From the NCBI RefSeq assembly GCF_041146345.1, contig NW_027191411.1, positions 1,612,001 to 1,676,000 of the forward strand: a stretch of 64,000 nt of DNA, given 5' to 3'. The notes beneath the pieces were generated by a model. That model was not told the DNA's origin. It did no database searches and saw only the letters and a list, made by a program, of their open reading frames with translations. Both the position numbers and the translations under genes were made by a program. How positions within the stretch are numbered: position 1 is the stretch's first letter; the number at the start of each line of letters is the position of its first letter. Source of the DNA: Neodothiora populina (Eukaryota). Below are positions 24,559-37,445 of the stretch, in pieces.

Positions 24559-25581
24559 TGATGCACAGAGGCGAAGAAGAGTCGAGCCCGGTTTGTGAAA
24601 CTCGCATAGGGTCTCAATGCTCCTTTCCCCTAAACATGCAGAAGAAGATGGGTTCAACGAATCATTAATGTTCGTTACTCCTGTCACCTGCTCGTTCACG
24701 TGTTTATTTGACTTCTCTTCTGTTCTCGCCTTTTGCAAGCTTTCGATGCGCTTTCAATGAACGACACCAAATATCACAACGCCCCACGAAAACAAAACAA
24801 AATTGACTCACTAACCCCTTTTTGAACAGAAGAACAACGGACAATAATTGCACTTGTTTCATTGCTTTGATTCTGCATGATTTGTATTACTGCATATATT
24901 TCGATCGTTTTGCTTTTCTCTTCTCTATTGAAATATGATACCACCTTATGAGATCTGAATATGATTGCTAATTGTCCTTCTCTCTTCTGCTCGTCTGAGG
25001 TTGTGTGGTTATGTGTGAGTGCCATCGCATGAGAGAATTGAGTTGATACTTGTGACTCGAAAGCGAGTATATGATCAAGGCTTGACGAGACGACTTTCTC
25101 CTTTAGCGGTCTTTATAAACTACACTGTCACTGAGGACGGAATCAGTGGCAGCATTGTCCATACTCAGGAGCAGCTTCGATCTATGGCTGCCTTCTCCAA
25201 GAACTATGGCTCTTTTCCGAGCACTATGATAAACAAAGACGTTAGATCAAGCTAGGTTTTGCGGTTCACTTCTTCTTACATCGGGGCCTTAGACGCCATC
25301 CTACCTTCCCCATGCTACACCACTTTCACTCAGATTACAATAGTGAAGCCACCACCAGGTGTAGTCCACTCCGATCTGCACCGATGGGCCTAAATACGTG
25401 TTGATCCAGATGAAAAACGCGTCCTTCACTTCACTCGAGGCGCGAGAAGAGTTTCGTCTTTCCCTTCTCTTCTTCTCTTATTGCTCGAAGTCCTTCTCTC
25501 CGACGTCCACAACTTCTTTCCGCTCAGCAGACTCGATAAGTCGCCATCTCAACCAGTGGTGATCAACCCGACACAACCGAT

Positions 25582-26755
25582 ATGATGCCTCCCAAAGTAA
25601 GTTCTGAGTAAGCCTTGAGCTCTAGATTATAATGCTGACCCTTTGATCGAAGACTGCAGCCTCTGCTGCGGCTAAGAAGAGCCAAGCCTCCAAAGAGCGT
25701 CCACTCACCCCGAAGTCAGATGCTGAAGACGGAGAGGTCTCCGAAGTCAAGCCAGAGACGAAGACCAAGTCTAAAGCTCGCAAGGGCAAGAAGGCTCCAG
25801 AAAAGGATTACAAGGATCTTCCCTTCGATGTCGACAGAGGCGCCGTCCCTCCTGTGGATGTTGCCTTTGCCACCGACGGCAAGGAGGCCGCACTCCTCGA
25901 CAATGGCCAGTTCGGTCAAGACTTGAGACTCCGTGCTCAGCAGCCATTCGCTCTGCTCAAGACAGTAGGCTGCTCCATCAGACCCAGATCTTCCGCGAGG
26001 TGAAGTGAAGTGAAGACTAATCTCGACCACCAGATCATGATCAACGAGGGTGACTTCGCCGGCAGCCAGGCCATCATCGTCGCTCCCTCCAAGCCATTCC
26101 CTTTCATTGATCTGCCCCTGCTGGTCCGCACAACCATCTACCGCTACTGCTTCGCGCCCTCTGGCAAAGTCTACGGCAAGCTCGACATCACCCAGGGCCC
26201 GGTGGCCAAAGGCTATGCTGCGAAGGATCGACTCGGTCTGCTTCGCATTAGCAAAGAGGTAAGTAACACCATGTCCTCCATATAGCGCGATGCGTACACT
26301 ACTGAATCTCCTCTCAGATCGCAAACGAAGCCCGCCCAATCCTGTACAGCTTCACCTTCCGCTTCGACAAATCCGACACGCTGCTCTCCTTCCTGATCAG
26401 CGCCGGCGACAAGATCCGCGACCTGCTAACCTCGATCGAAATCACACTATACACCAAAGCCGTCGCCGCGCCCATGATGACCCTGCTTGCCGAATGCAAG
26501 AGGCTGCAGCTGATCCACTTCATCGGCGGCGTCGGTGTGGGCCAGAGCCCCAGCAAGGCGGCCAAGGTGTTTTATGCTGACGCGCACCGGTTTCTCGAGG
26601 TTTTCGGCGCCGCGCGTGGTGAGAAGTATGTGGGTATCGATGTGCTGGCGTTTGGAAAGAATTGTCTCGCGCACAAGACTGAGGAGGGACTGGTTGCGTG
26701 GAATGAGGATGAGGTCGATGAGTTTACTGCTGCGTTGAAGGAGAGGCTTGGGTGA
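25582..26755 (+). CDS. Hypothetical protein with a Lys-rich N-terminus and an F-box-like/2EXR-type motif; exons 25582-25596, 25653-25964, 26034-26258, 26318-26755
   Basis: Three GT-AG introns with branch sites join into one frame; motif PFPFIDLPLLVRTTIYRYCF...LLRISKEIANEARPILY is typical of fungal F-box-like proteins; strong codon bias. Confidence 0.78.
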
Positions 26756-27750
26756 GCTTGCTTGCGCTTCCTTCTGACCCTTTTTTCCTTGCTTCGCTGG
26801 TTGGGCACACCACGAGATCGTAGGGCCGCCTTGAAGATCTGCTTTTGTTGTTCCTTTTTCCTTTGTTCTACGTTTTGATTTTCACCCTTTCTATCTGCTT
26901 TCTCATCTCTTTTGCGGCTATGGCGTCTAGCCAAATTAGTGCCTCTGTCCACCTCAGGAGAGCGAGCATCCGTCTCGAGCAGTGGGACCCGGCAGGGAAG
27001 CAGGCATCTCACGTACACCGTATCTAGAACTGCTATCTTCTCTGGGAAGAGCAAGCAATATACCCACCGACTAGCACTTTAACTCATCAAATTTCATTCT
27101 CCCCTTCCTTTCTCCCTCCTCCGCATCAATCATGGCCGCAGAAGAAAAAGAAAGGAAAAAGCCAACGGGGATTGTTGCGTTAGACCACGAGCTGATTTCT
27201 CTTATTTCTTGACGTCTAGTGATGACCTCAACCTCCCGAAATGGACTTGTACCTGTGCGTCTAGAGTACCCGGGCATGTTTGCGGACAGGTCATGTTGGC
27301 GTCTTTATCGTCATCTTCGTCATCATCGAGTACGACGAATACGATGACCTAGGTAGGCAGCAAAGACGACGTGTTGGAACAGCGAAGATGTATATTGTCT
27401 TGGGGAACGCTTTGTGCAGCTGGACAACGACTACCCGAGATGCATTTCACCGTGGCCTTCTCCGATCGATGATTGTCTGATTAATTGATTGATTGATTGC
27501 TTTGTATAAAATAAACGAATAATATACATGAACGAAAGCAAAAAAAAAACCACGCCAGCGCAGACCGGATCAAAACTACAACTAGTCATTTTCCCCTTTC
27601 CATTCCAATTCGTGACGGTTTTATTTTCGAAAGCTAAAGGAAAGAGAAAAGATAAACACGTCAAAAGGCTTGGCCAGGGACGTTCGTCTCATCGCCAGTC
27701 GTCATTATCGTCATCGGCATTTCTGCGTCCTTCGCTGCCGTCTGTGGTCC

Positions 27751-29815
27751 TCATGATCCGCCTGCGGTTCTTGGAGCCGTCGTCGTCGCCAGCGTCGGCG
27801 GTGGGACGAGACCGTGAGAGTAGGGGAAACTCGCGGATGCGAATGTGGATGTGGGATCCCAGCCCATGCTTTGTCTCCTGCCGCTGCCACCACCGCAATT
27901 TCCTCCATTTGTAGCCGAGTAAGTCGATGTGGAGTTATTGGAGTACGAACTTGATATTGAGTGTGTGCGATGATAAGGGGCGGGAAGGGTGCTGTTGTTG
28001 TTGTTGTTGTTATTCCCTGTATGTAAGGCCAGATAAGGACGATGATGTTGAGGCTGGGGGGATCGTGTTGTTGAGCGGTTGATATGCAGAGATGCTGTTA
28101 CTGGTTGCTCTTGTTGCTCTTGCTGTTGCTGGTTTTGATGTTGACTGATGGAAGGCAGTAACGGATCAGGCAGTCTGGCGCTTGGATAACGTGGCGGTGG
28201 CGACCATGCTGCCGGTTTTGGACTCGATATTTCTGGTTTTGGAGTAGTCGTCGTTTCCGTGATTGTGGGACTCAACGTCTTCAGGTCCATGTCGTAGGCG
28301 TCCTTGGTTGTTGTGTTCTGCATCTCGAACTCTATGCCGCTTGATCGTCTGTAAGTTCTCGGCGATGCTTTTCCTGATGGTTGACATGGCACGGTGCCGA
28401 GATCCGTCGGTCTGCGTGCGTCTAGAGAGATGAACTCCTGCTTGTCTTTCGAGAAATATTTCGTAAAGAAGTCCCTCCACCCTTCGAGCAGTGACCATCT
28501 GAATAGAAGGAAGAACAGTTGGATGCCGATGAGCGAAAGCATGATTAGCACAGCGCGTACGACGCTCTCTTTCAGAAGCCATTGCTCCGCGAGCTTCAAG
28601 CATTGAGATTTGGCGCCCGAATGCGCCATGAGACACAGTATCCATGGCTCAGCACGATCGTGATCCTTCTTAAGCTTGCTTATCAGTCTATCGAGATCAA
28701 CGAATACTACCGCAAAGAAGATGACATCCACGAGAGTTATAGTGACGATCAAAATGCCACGCCATTGTAACCACAGGACGGACTGGAGACGGCGCCAAAT
28801 GGCTCTAGCAGTCTGTGTCCTCACGCTTGCGCTATAGGTGGGTAGGCCGCCTGACGTGCTGGTGTGAGTCGATTGGGATGCAGAATCTCCGGACCAAAGA
28901 TTGGCGATGAAGACGCGGAGGCAGTGGCCGAATCTATCAACTGTATTAGCTCAGATGTGCATGACATTACAGGTATTACGAACGTTGCGAGCTGCAAAAT
29001 CAGTGCCACCACCGCAGCACCCAGCAGCCATCCCCAGAAGGTAGTCATAGACTTTTCATGGTTCACATGGCAAGCGCCGCCGAAGCGGAAGGACACTCCT
29101 GTGACTGACAGCGTGGCCGCCACCAGTATTGCCACGCCACCCCAGCCGAGCGCATGCGAGAAGTAGTAGAATCGTTGTCCAGGCATAATGTCCCAGCATA
29201 TCTGCAAATGCATAGAGAGCGCGCGAATGAGGACTATCATCTGATCAGTATATAGAGTAACATGCTTCGAGATTCCGCAGCACTTACTCCAGATTGCTCC
29301 CGACAGCCCGCCTGCGACAATGAAGGCTCCTGACCAGGCACAAGTCATCGACGAATGCATATCGTTTGGCGTAATAGCATTGTAGCATTGATCAGGTTGA
29401 GCGCCCAGGGGGACGATGAATCCAAGATTGAGAATGAGAACGCCAACAATCAGACAGACACTGAGATAGTGTCTCCGCGTCTGTTGTACAGGAAGAAAGA
29501 AATATGATGTGAGGAGAAAGAAAAGAAGTATGAACCCGACTACATTAAGCCATGCAGCGATGCTATTGTACGTCGAGAATGCTTCGAACTGCGTCAGAGG
29601 TGGAGAAGCAAAGTTGGCTCTAATCAAGCAAGGGACTTACAGTCGTGATATGTCCAATAGGTTGTAGGACACGGCAGACAGCAGGTGGGATTTCCAGGCA
29701 ATGCACGTGTTGTCGCGCAAAGACGACCGTCGATGAAGCCACCCTCGCTGGGAAACATAGAAGCATCGTAGAACGGTATTGGACATCGCCCATTACGAGT
29801 AGCATTGAATTCCAT
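27751..29815 (-). CDS. 7TM GPCR-like receptor with a Cys-rich N-terminal ectodomain (GprM/class VII-like; Frizzled/family-2-like TM region); introns 29640-29582, 29287-29234, 28983-28934
   Basis: N-terminus CPIPF...GRLC...CCLPCP; QCYNAITPNDMHSSMTCAWSG; SMHLQICW; GVSFRFGGACHVN; LQWRGI; seven hydrophobic segments and a low-complexity C-tail. Confidence 0.82.
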
Positions 29816-31742
29816 GCTTTGAGATATTCACCGAAGACCAACTCAATGCCGTGTCAAATCCAAAGGTTCCACACAGCTTGCAATCAAGCACATATGTAAG
29901 TGACGAAAGCACACGCCTCACCCACACCAAACAGCACTCCGAGATATATCACTTTGAGCGCTGTGATTCAGTAATTCGCTCGTAGTCCTCAAATGGCAGA
30001 GGGCGCCTAGATAACTGATAGTCTATCAAGGTACTGAACAAGCGCAAGCGGAAGACTGCAGAGAGCGGGTCGCTGACGTGAGACCCCTCGTGTTTATACA
30101 CTCGACATCAGATGGCTACTGGACAGAAGTGGGTTCGAACTAGGCGAGCAAGTCACCCATTGTGCGACGATCGAATGGAGAAGGGAGTAGTAACAAGACA
30201 TGTTCTTGGGAGACCGCTCCAATGTCTACGGGACGAGGGACGGGCGCCGGTCGAAGTTCAATTTTAGATACGTTCCCTCTACGCCATAGCGGCAGCGTGG
30301 CGACGAGCAATCTGGTCGCAGGTACAAGCAAATCGGTCTCAGTGGTTGCGGATGTTCACGTCCTGCTGGATCCATATTGCATATGTGCGAGGCGGGTCAT
30401 GGCTGCGGGACCCGAATGTCAGACCATCGCCATCATTGCTGACTAGTAAAAGCTACAGCATGGTCCAAGACTTGCATCATTCCCGCTACTGGCTACTGTG
30501 GCCGTAGTCAAGCTCGGTGAGCATGCGTGCTTGCTGTGATCTTTTGCCTTCTACCATGCGAGGATGTTCGTTCTTCCTGCATGGCGCACGGGACACTGTT
30601 CCTCCTTTCAGCCATGGAACGCTCCAATTGGGGCGAACGGCGGGCGGAGCCACGAAGTGGGGAAAACGCGCATGTTTCCCTCGTGCGACTTAGCATTGAA
30701 GTTGAACGCTTCCCTGCCAATCAAGCGACTTTCGCTCAACCCCGAAGGGACGACCTATACGCATCACCTTCATATATTCCGATAAGTCACATTGATGCAT
30801 GAGTCGTGCTAAATTTGATGTAATATAATGCAATATCATGCTTGACAGTCTACTTCAATATCGAGGTGTCAGCGACTTCTGCACAAGTGCAGCAGTACAG
30901 CATTATTCGAAAGAATGGTTCGAGAAGTCGATCGCTGTTTTATGTCAACCCAAAGTATGGGTGCGTTTGCGCCTAAAATCCCCCACGAGTTAAAGTCTAT
31001 TTTGCACTTCACTCGGCAAGTCCTACCATAGGGCATAAGCCATGAGCAATGGCTACACAAGATTGTCCATGACTGTGTGTCAGGTCAAGGCTTGCGTTCA
31101 TGAAGAAAGTACGGAAGACTCTTGATCGCCTTTCAATATTGCTAGACTTACTTGACATATTGTGACAGCCAATCTGTATTGGACATGCGGTTTCACACAT
31201 CTTATTGGCCCAGATCGCGAACCCCGACCCCGTCCAAGCGCTCGTTGCACGTGCAGCGCTGCCCAGCAGAATGTTGAAGCACAACATGCTCAGCCTTAAG
31301 CTTCCATTTGACTGAACCAAATGCAGATCCGTGATTCGGTCGGAAACGAAGTCGATCAATGCTTCACTTCCATTTGCGAGGAACTTTACCTGACCAATTT
31401 TGTACACATCGAATGGGTTTTCACGCCGGCTATTCGGACCATTCATCAACCGCGCAATGATTTCAATCTCGACAATTTCGACCTTGTAGGACATTAATGA
31501 GGGACGACCCGATCATGGATAGGCTACCTCGCCCATCCACAGTGTTGTTCGATGTTGATGGAAGGTGACGAAGGTGACGTCCATTATTTGTGTCAAAGTC
31601 TAGCGTAATGCGCGCGTGGTCCGGTACCGACCGAGCCTTTAGTCTATTGGCGGCAGACATGGTACCTCTATCACTTGATTGAGGGCGGTACTACGTTTTT
31701 GGGTGGTTGAGGTATTGCAACACGGTGCCAATATGGTAGATG

Positions 31743-32637
31743 CTAAGCATTCTCTTCGTTGACGTCGATCCCGATGAGCAAAGCGAAAACGAACATCAGG
31801 AGCTATCCCAAATAGTCAGTCTTGGTATTGTATGGTCTTTCGTGATCAACGACTTACCAATGTGACTGTTCCCATGATCACGTACAGCTCCCAACCGCCT
31901 GCCCATACTTTGCCTCTGGCCATGCTCATCTGCTGTCTCCAGTATCGGTGTGCACCTATCATGGTCACCATCATGGCGGCGATCTGGAACAATGCGCCAA
32001 GTGGTTTGCTGAAGGCATGGTAACCGTGCGAAGCGTTCTTGACTGGACGACGTTGAAGGCCGAACAGCTGTGTTGTTACAATCCCAATCATCGAAAGTGC
32101 CTATTCATGATACACTTAGAGATGACTCGGTAGTATGGTAGAAGAATGCTCACTACAGATGTGCGTAGATACGCCAGGAATGTCCGTTCGTTTGCTGGAT
32201 AATGCTCCATGAGCTTTGACAAACATATAAAGTCAAGGTGTACCAGACTTCTTGATACTGTAGTTGGAGAGCACCTAGCAAGTCTTTGGGAACAAGATCC
32301 ACATACCTAAATGGTCGCGACACGCAGCATGTGGCACTGCAAGGTTTATATAACGATTCCAGAATCTAGTCACAGCGTCATACCAGTGTGGACTTGGTCT
32401 ATCATTTCTTCCCCGCTGGCCTTGGGCTGCTGTTTGCTCTGCAACAGCATCATACTCAAACGAACGCGTGGGGCTGAAGGGGTCGGCGGGGAGAGATTCA
32501 ACAGGGTTGAGCTCAGTTGCTTCGCGTTCATCGTCTGCCACAGTAGTAAGGCTTGTGAGCGACCTCAGACTGTTCGTCCTCGGTGTGATGGGATTTGATG
32601 TGTCGTGGGTATGTTCCGAGACATCTTGCTGTCCCAT
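31743..32637 (-). CDS. DUF202 (YidH/VTC TM-like) small membrane protein; introns 32306-32195, 32153-32101, 31857-31803
   Basis: Spliced signature RDHLANERTFLAYLRTS followed by three TM helices. Confidence 0.88.
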
Positions 32638-33244
32638 TCTAAGTCCGAATATCTCAAGCTTGGTGCTATGACATAGCCAATGAATGTCGGAAAGTGTACT
32701 GCAATCACGTTCCGTCCGGACCTCACTCAGAGGCGATACAATTCGGAGATGACGGGCTTGACCATGCGGTACATGGGCAGATCGATAGAGACCTAGTCGT
32801 TTCTGTATGGAACGTTATTTTTGGTCGGGTGCATAAGTGCAGCGCTTAACCCTTGCCCGTAGAAATCGTACTTATTGTAGAAGATTGAGATAAGATAAAG
32901 CACTTCATCCTCCTGTGAAAGTATCATAATACAACAAAAACTCAACAAACCCCCACTACCATCATATGAACGATACTGTATAAGTCTAGACTTATCATAT
33001 AGTGAATATTCTTAGTTCGGAATGATAGACATGTCAGTGGTCATGAAATCTTAGACAACTCTATAACGAATGCCTGAGAAGATTAAAGCGAACGAAGACA
33101 ATGAATAATCAATTATCAATAGGGTATGAAAAATACGAGTTCAACTCATGCCAGGTAGATAGGCTGGCTGTCAATTAGCGATCTAACCTCTTCCCTTATA
33201 CGCGATGCTAGACTGTAAGTAGTGACATGTTCTCGTCTCATCCT

Positions 33245-35846
33245 TCAGATCGAGTGCAAGCAGCTGCCTCTATCCCAATCGACATCTTCAAGCCAATGCA
33301 AAAACTCTGCGTCGGTGGCGTTGGGAAAGTAGAAATCAGCCATGGCAGATATGTCTAAGTCCATTGCCATCGCCCCTCGATCTGCTGTCAAGTCCATTTG
33401 CGTGCAATCCATCGTCGTAGCGACGCTGGCGTCAGCAGTAGCAGCGATCGGGACGCTAGCGGTATTGACCATTGGCTCGGGAGTGAGGATCTTATCGAGT
33501 AAACACTTTAGCGCCCTACGTCCCTGGTCGCAGATGGCGTAGTTGCTCTCCCCTGGACCTACGGTTGCGATAGTGGCAACGAAGACAGAAAGATCTTGTA
33601 TCGTTTCGGAGCGATGAAGAATATAGTCTGGTGGTGGTGGGACATGATATTTGCGTGTCTGCCGCTCTTGCTTCAGGAGTTCAATGGCAAGAACGCCGGC
33701 GGATGCGAGACCGTAGAATGGAAGCAACAAGGTGATATCGACTAGGAAGTCCCGGCAGTATTCGCGCTTGGCGAATATTTGGAGTAAGAAAGAGAGTAAG
33801 GCTCGGGCAGGCGCGATGAGGGATTGGTGAGGTGCTTTGTTGCGTTTGACGAGGGCGCGCTGGAGGAGGAACTCGGTGTGGATTAGGTCGCAATGCATGG
33901 CCAAGAAACAAAGTATCTCGTGTTGCAGGTAAGGACGGTCTCGCATCTCGCTCGGTATCCTTGTGCTGGACTTGAGGTGACCCGAGGGTAGGATGTCGGC
34001 GAGCACCTCTTCTGGGCTAGCATCTATGAAAACCTTTGTCCCGTCCTTGAGGTTTTCGAGATCAATGAGGATTTGACTGTGACCAATGAAACGTTAGTCA
34101 ATGAGGTGGAGGCGAGATGCGCACGAGGGTCCTAGGACAACAGTTTCTGCTTCCATAACCTGCACAACGATTGATGTCAAGTCCGACTTACCTGGCCACT
34201 TCGGTCGTCATCGAGTCACCAGGACCTAACGTAAACTCAAGAATCTTCTCACGGATGCGGGCTTGAGGTATCCATATGCGACGTCGTGTCACTCGAGAAA
34301 ACCTATTGACCGTGTTCCAGTCATCCTTTAACCCTGATATCGCAGATTCGAGCTTTGGCCCTTCCAACATAATCTCATCATCTGATAGATCGAGTGGAAG
34401 CTGCAAGACACAATAGCGATGACTGAGGCGAGGAGGTCGTCCGAGAAACGTGGCCATTAGTTTATCGTGTACGTATATATCTGCAAATATACGGGTACGC
34501 AATTGGGAGATGAAGAAGGATGTCGTAGAGTTGACCTTTTTATCCTGGTGCAGACCCATGACAATAAGTGCATCGCATGCCTCCCCTAGTCTGGTCCACG
34601 CGCCATAGTCTGTGAGTCCCGGTCAGATATAGTACATAACAGTTATACTTGTTACTAGATGACTTACATGTATCACCTCGTACGCACTCAGATAAGATAG
34701 CGCTCTCGTAAAGAAAAATAACAAAAAGCTCGTTGCTGCACTCACATTCCTTGCAGAAAGCAACGCAAGCTTCCACCGCATCTCGCGTTTTCCACATGAG
34801 CGTCTTTCTATCCTTGAAAATACTTTTGATCGTTGTGAAAACAGGATCCCATTCGGTGAGTCCGCTTGACAGCAATCCAACTCCGGAAAAGATCAGACCT
34901 ACAGTTTCCCAGCGTAGATAGTTACCTGTGGTAGAGCGTGCCCATGCTGGTCCAGTTGTGTTAGCATCTACCGGTATGGAGTTCAGTGTATTCTGCCAGA
35001 GAAGCTCTGACAGACAATATAATTCTTCGTCGGAGTTGTGCTCGGAAACTGAAGCCTCGAACAAGGCTCGTATCCCACGTATGTGGATATTATATATAGG
35101 CCGAGGTATAGTCAAGCCATCAGCGATCCCATACCATCTGGTCAACAATCTGTCGTAAGCGTCTACATCTGAGATCAAAGATAGAACCTCAGCACCCGCC
35201 TTTATCTTCTCAATTGAGATTGGAGGCGCTGTTGGCGTTGGCGACTGGTCTGACCCGTCATGAACGTCGATGTCGATAGTAGGCGCATTCTCAGTGTACA
35301 CCGCTGAGTAACTCGAAGGGCCCAGGAACCCGATCCTTGAAGTATTCTGTCTTGTGCTTTCCTCAGGTCAGCCTTGACTCTCTGTCGAGTAACCAATCTT
35401 GACAATGGTAATGCTAGGGAACCCTGTCCATGAGGTTTACATACATTCGTGGTTCTATACCCTCTGCTGGACATGGAACATACTCCGAGCTGCTGATATC
35501 GTTCTTCTGTACAACTGGGGCTGCTTTATCGAGGGGAGGGCTTGTGGTGGCTCGCCTTACCTTAGTAAGAGGCTATAGTCTATAAGTGGTTGGTCAATCT
35601 ACCAAAGGGTACAAACGCGTACCGCGGGATGGTAGACACATTGATCGCCTCTACTGCGTCTGGCACATCTACCACAGACTGGGACTCTGTGATCGCATCG
35701 TAGTTTGCCTATGTGAAACAATAAGTCTCGTCTACTTGTCCTAGAGTGTACGTGCAGAACAAACCCTTCCGACATGGTTCACAGGAATGGAGTTTACCAT
35801 TCCGTCTGTAAGAGCCGACAACACGGCTGTGGGTGACTTCCGTCAT
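33245..35846 (-). CDS. Zn(II)2Cys6 transcription factor with fungal-specific TF middle homology region; multi-exon, internal boundaries approximate
   Basis: Spliced SCEPCRKGKLRCDHRVPVCGRCARRSRGDQCVY; GFLGPSSYSAVY; LRWETVGL; MGLHQ; DKLMATFLGRPPRLS. Confidence 0.9.
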
Positions 35847-36294
35847 TGAGGTTTGTGGTGGCTGTTCTAACGCCACCGATCGTCTTCTTTCACTTTCATA
35901 AAGCAATACAGTAGATGAATTTGATGGTGTTGTCGTCACAAGTCTAAGAAGAGATAGAATCGCGCGCTTCACAAGAGGATCAAGGCTCAGCGAAAGCTAG
36001 TGACATAAGACATTGTATTTCCTAAACAAGGCAAGGCTCTAGGCGAAGGTCTGTGAAGTCACATCAGATGTTGAGAGATCAGAAGTGAGGTATAATCAAG
36101 GAAGGCGCATGTCGGAGTTCGACCTTCGGCGTTCGGAGTTGACGATGAATGCTTTTGGTATAGCCAGATCGAGTTCCCATGCCAAGCCTTGATATTGACC
36201 AATTTCGATCAAGTCGCGTCTCCTGCTACTGAGCGCGTGTTGCGATTTGTATATTGTGGAACATACCTAATCAGCCATTTTCCAGCAGAACAGG

Positions 36295-36943
36295 ATGGCC
36301 GAACCAGTGAATGGAGCATCAAGTGCTGACGTCGAAATGAAGGAAGAGGGTGTCGAGGTATGCTGGACACACAAACATAGACACCACGATACGATCTCGC
36401 CTACTGACAGATATATTCAAGCAAATTAACCCAGTCGAAGCAGCTCCTCCTTTCCAACCTGATCAAATCCAATCAGAAGAAGACCAAACAGCAACAACAA
36501 ATGGCGATGCGCCAGAAAGTCTACCACAAGTCAGCGGAGTCGCCGACGCAACAACATCATCGTCGGCAGCAACGATAGAACCACCTGCAGCAGCAGCAAT
36601 AGTCGAAGCACCGTCTGTCTCATCCGCCTCGACGCCTCAACCGCCCCCTCCGCAGCAATCACAACAGCCGACCACGACGCCGGCCACAGCACCCACATCG
36701 GCAGCGCCAGTCACGGCGCGCGAGAGCTCAACGAGACCATCCTCGATACCACCAACATCGGGCATTGCGCCCCCGGATCGACCGAGTGCGCATGGCTCGC
36801 CTACGCGGGTCTATTTGAACCAGATGGTCACGCCGCACTTACTCGAGGGGATGAAGTACTTGGCTGCTTATGAACCCGAGAAACCACTACTCTGGTTGAG
36901 TGAGTTTTTGGCCAAGAGGAGTGCGGAATGTGAAGGCGAGTAG
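36295..36943 (+). CDS. SDC1: Dpy-30 motif protein (COMPASS Sdc1-like); exons 36295-36357, 36422-36943
   Basis: C-terminal GSPTRVYLNQMVTPHLLEGMKYLAAYEPEKPLLWLSEFL is a Dpy-30 motif; Pro/Ala/Thr-rich linker; N-terminal DVEMKE. Confidence 0.85.
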
Positions 36944-37445
36944 TGAAACGGAAAAGCTTGGCTTGCTTTGCATGGATGGCGCGGGTGTACGCACGGCAGC
37001 TACTTGATTCGTATATGAAGGACAATACCATTGGTCGGGTTTAGGGAATCACACGGGTCACTAAGGCAGGGGAATGGTATGAGATCTACTCGATCTCAAA
37101 GCACAAGGCGTTTGATTTTACGAATTGTTGGAAGATGCATGCTCTGGAAACCCGGATACTAGGAGTGTTTATGCGCATCTATGTGTACACAGGGTATCAC
37201 ATTCGTATCGAGATGTATGAAAGATGATCGGGAGACGCTGGGTAGAATTTGGACCCAAAAGGTATCTTGTCAATTGCTTTTGCAAAGAGTTATTGTGTAA
37301 CCCTGGTTTCTCATGACCTAACGCATTTCCATGCCCTAACGCCATGCGAACAGCCAAATCATGTGGGGAGGTTTGTTAATCCCTCCCCCAGCGCGCCTGA
37401 TTCCATCCATCCGACATCCATCATTCACTGTTCTAAGCTCTACGC

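Noticed and set aside
32980..32995. Perfect 16-bp palindrome ATAAGTCTAGACTTAT upstream of the DUF202 gene
   Set aside because: About one such palindrome is expected by chance in 64 kb, more in AT-rich DNA; no TIR/TSD context.
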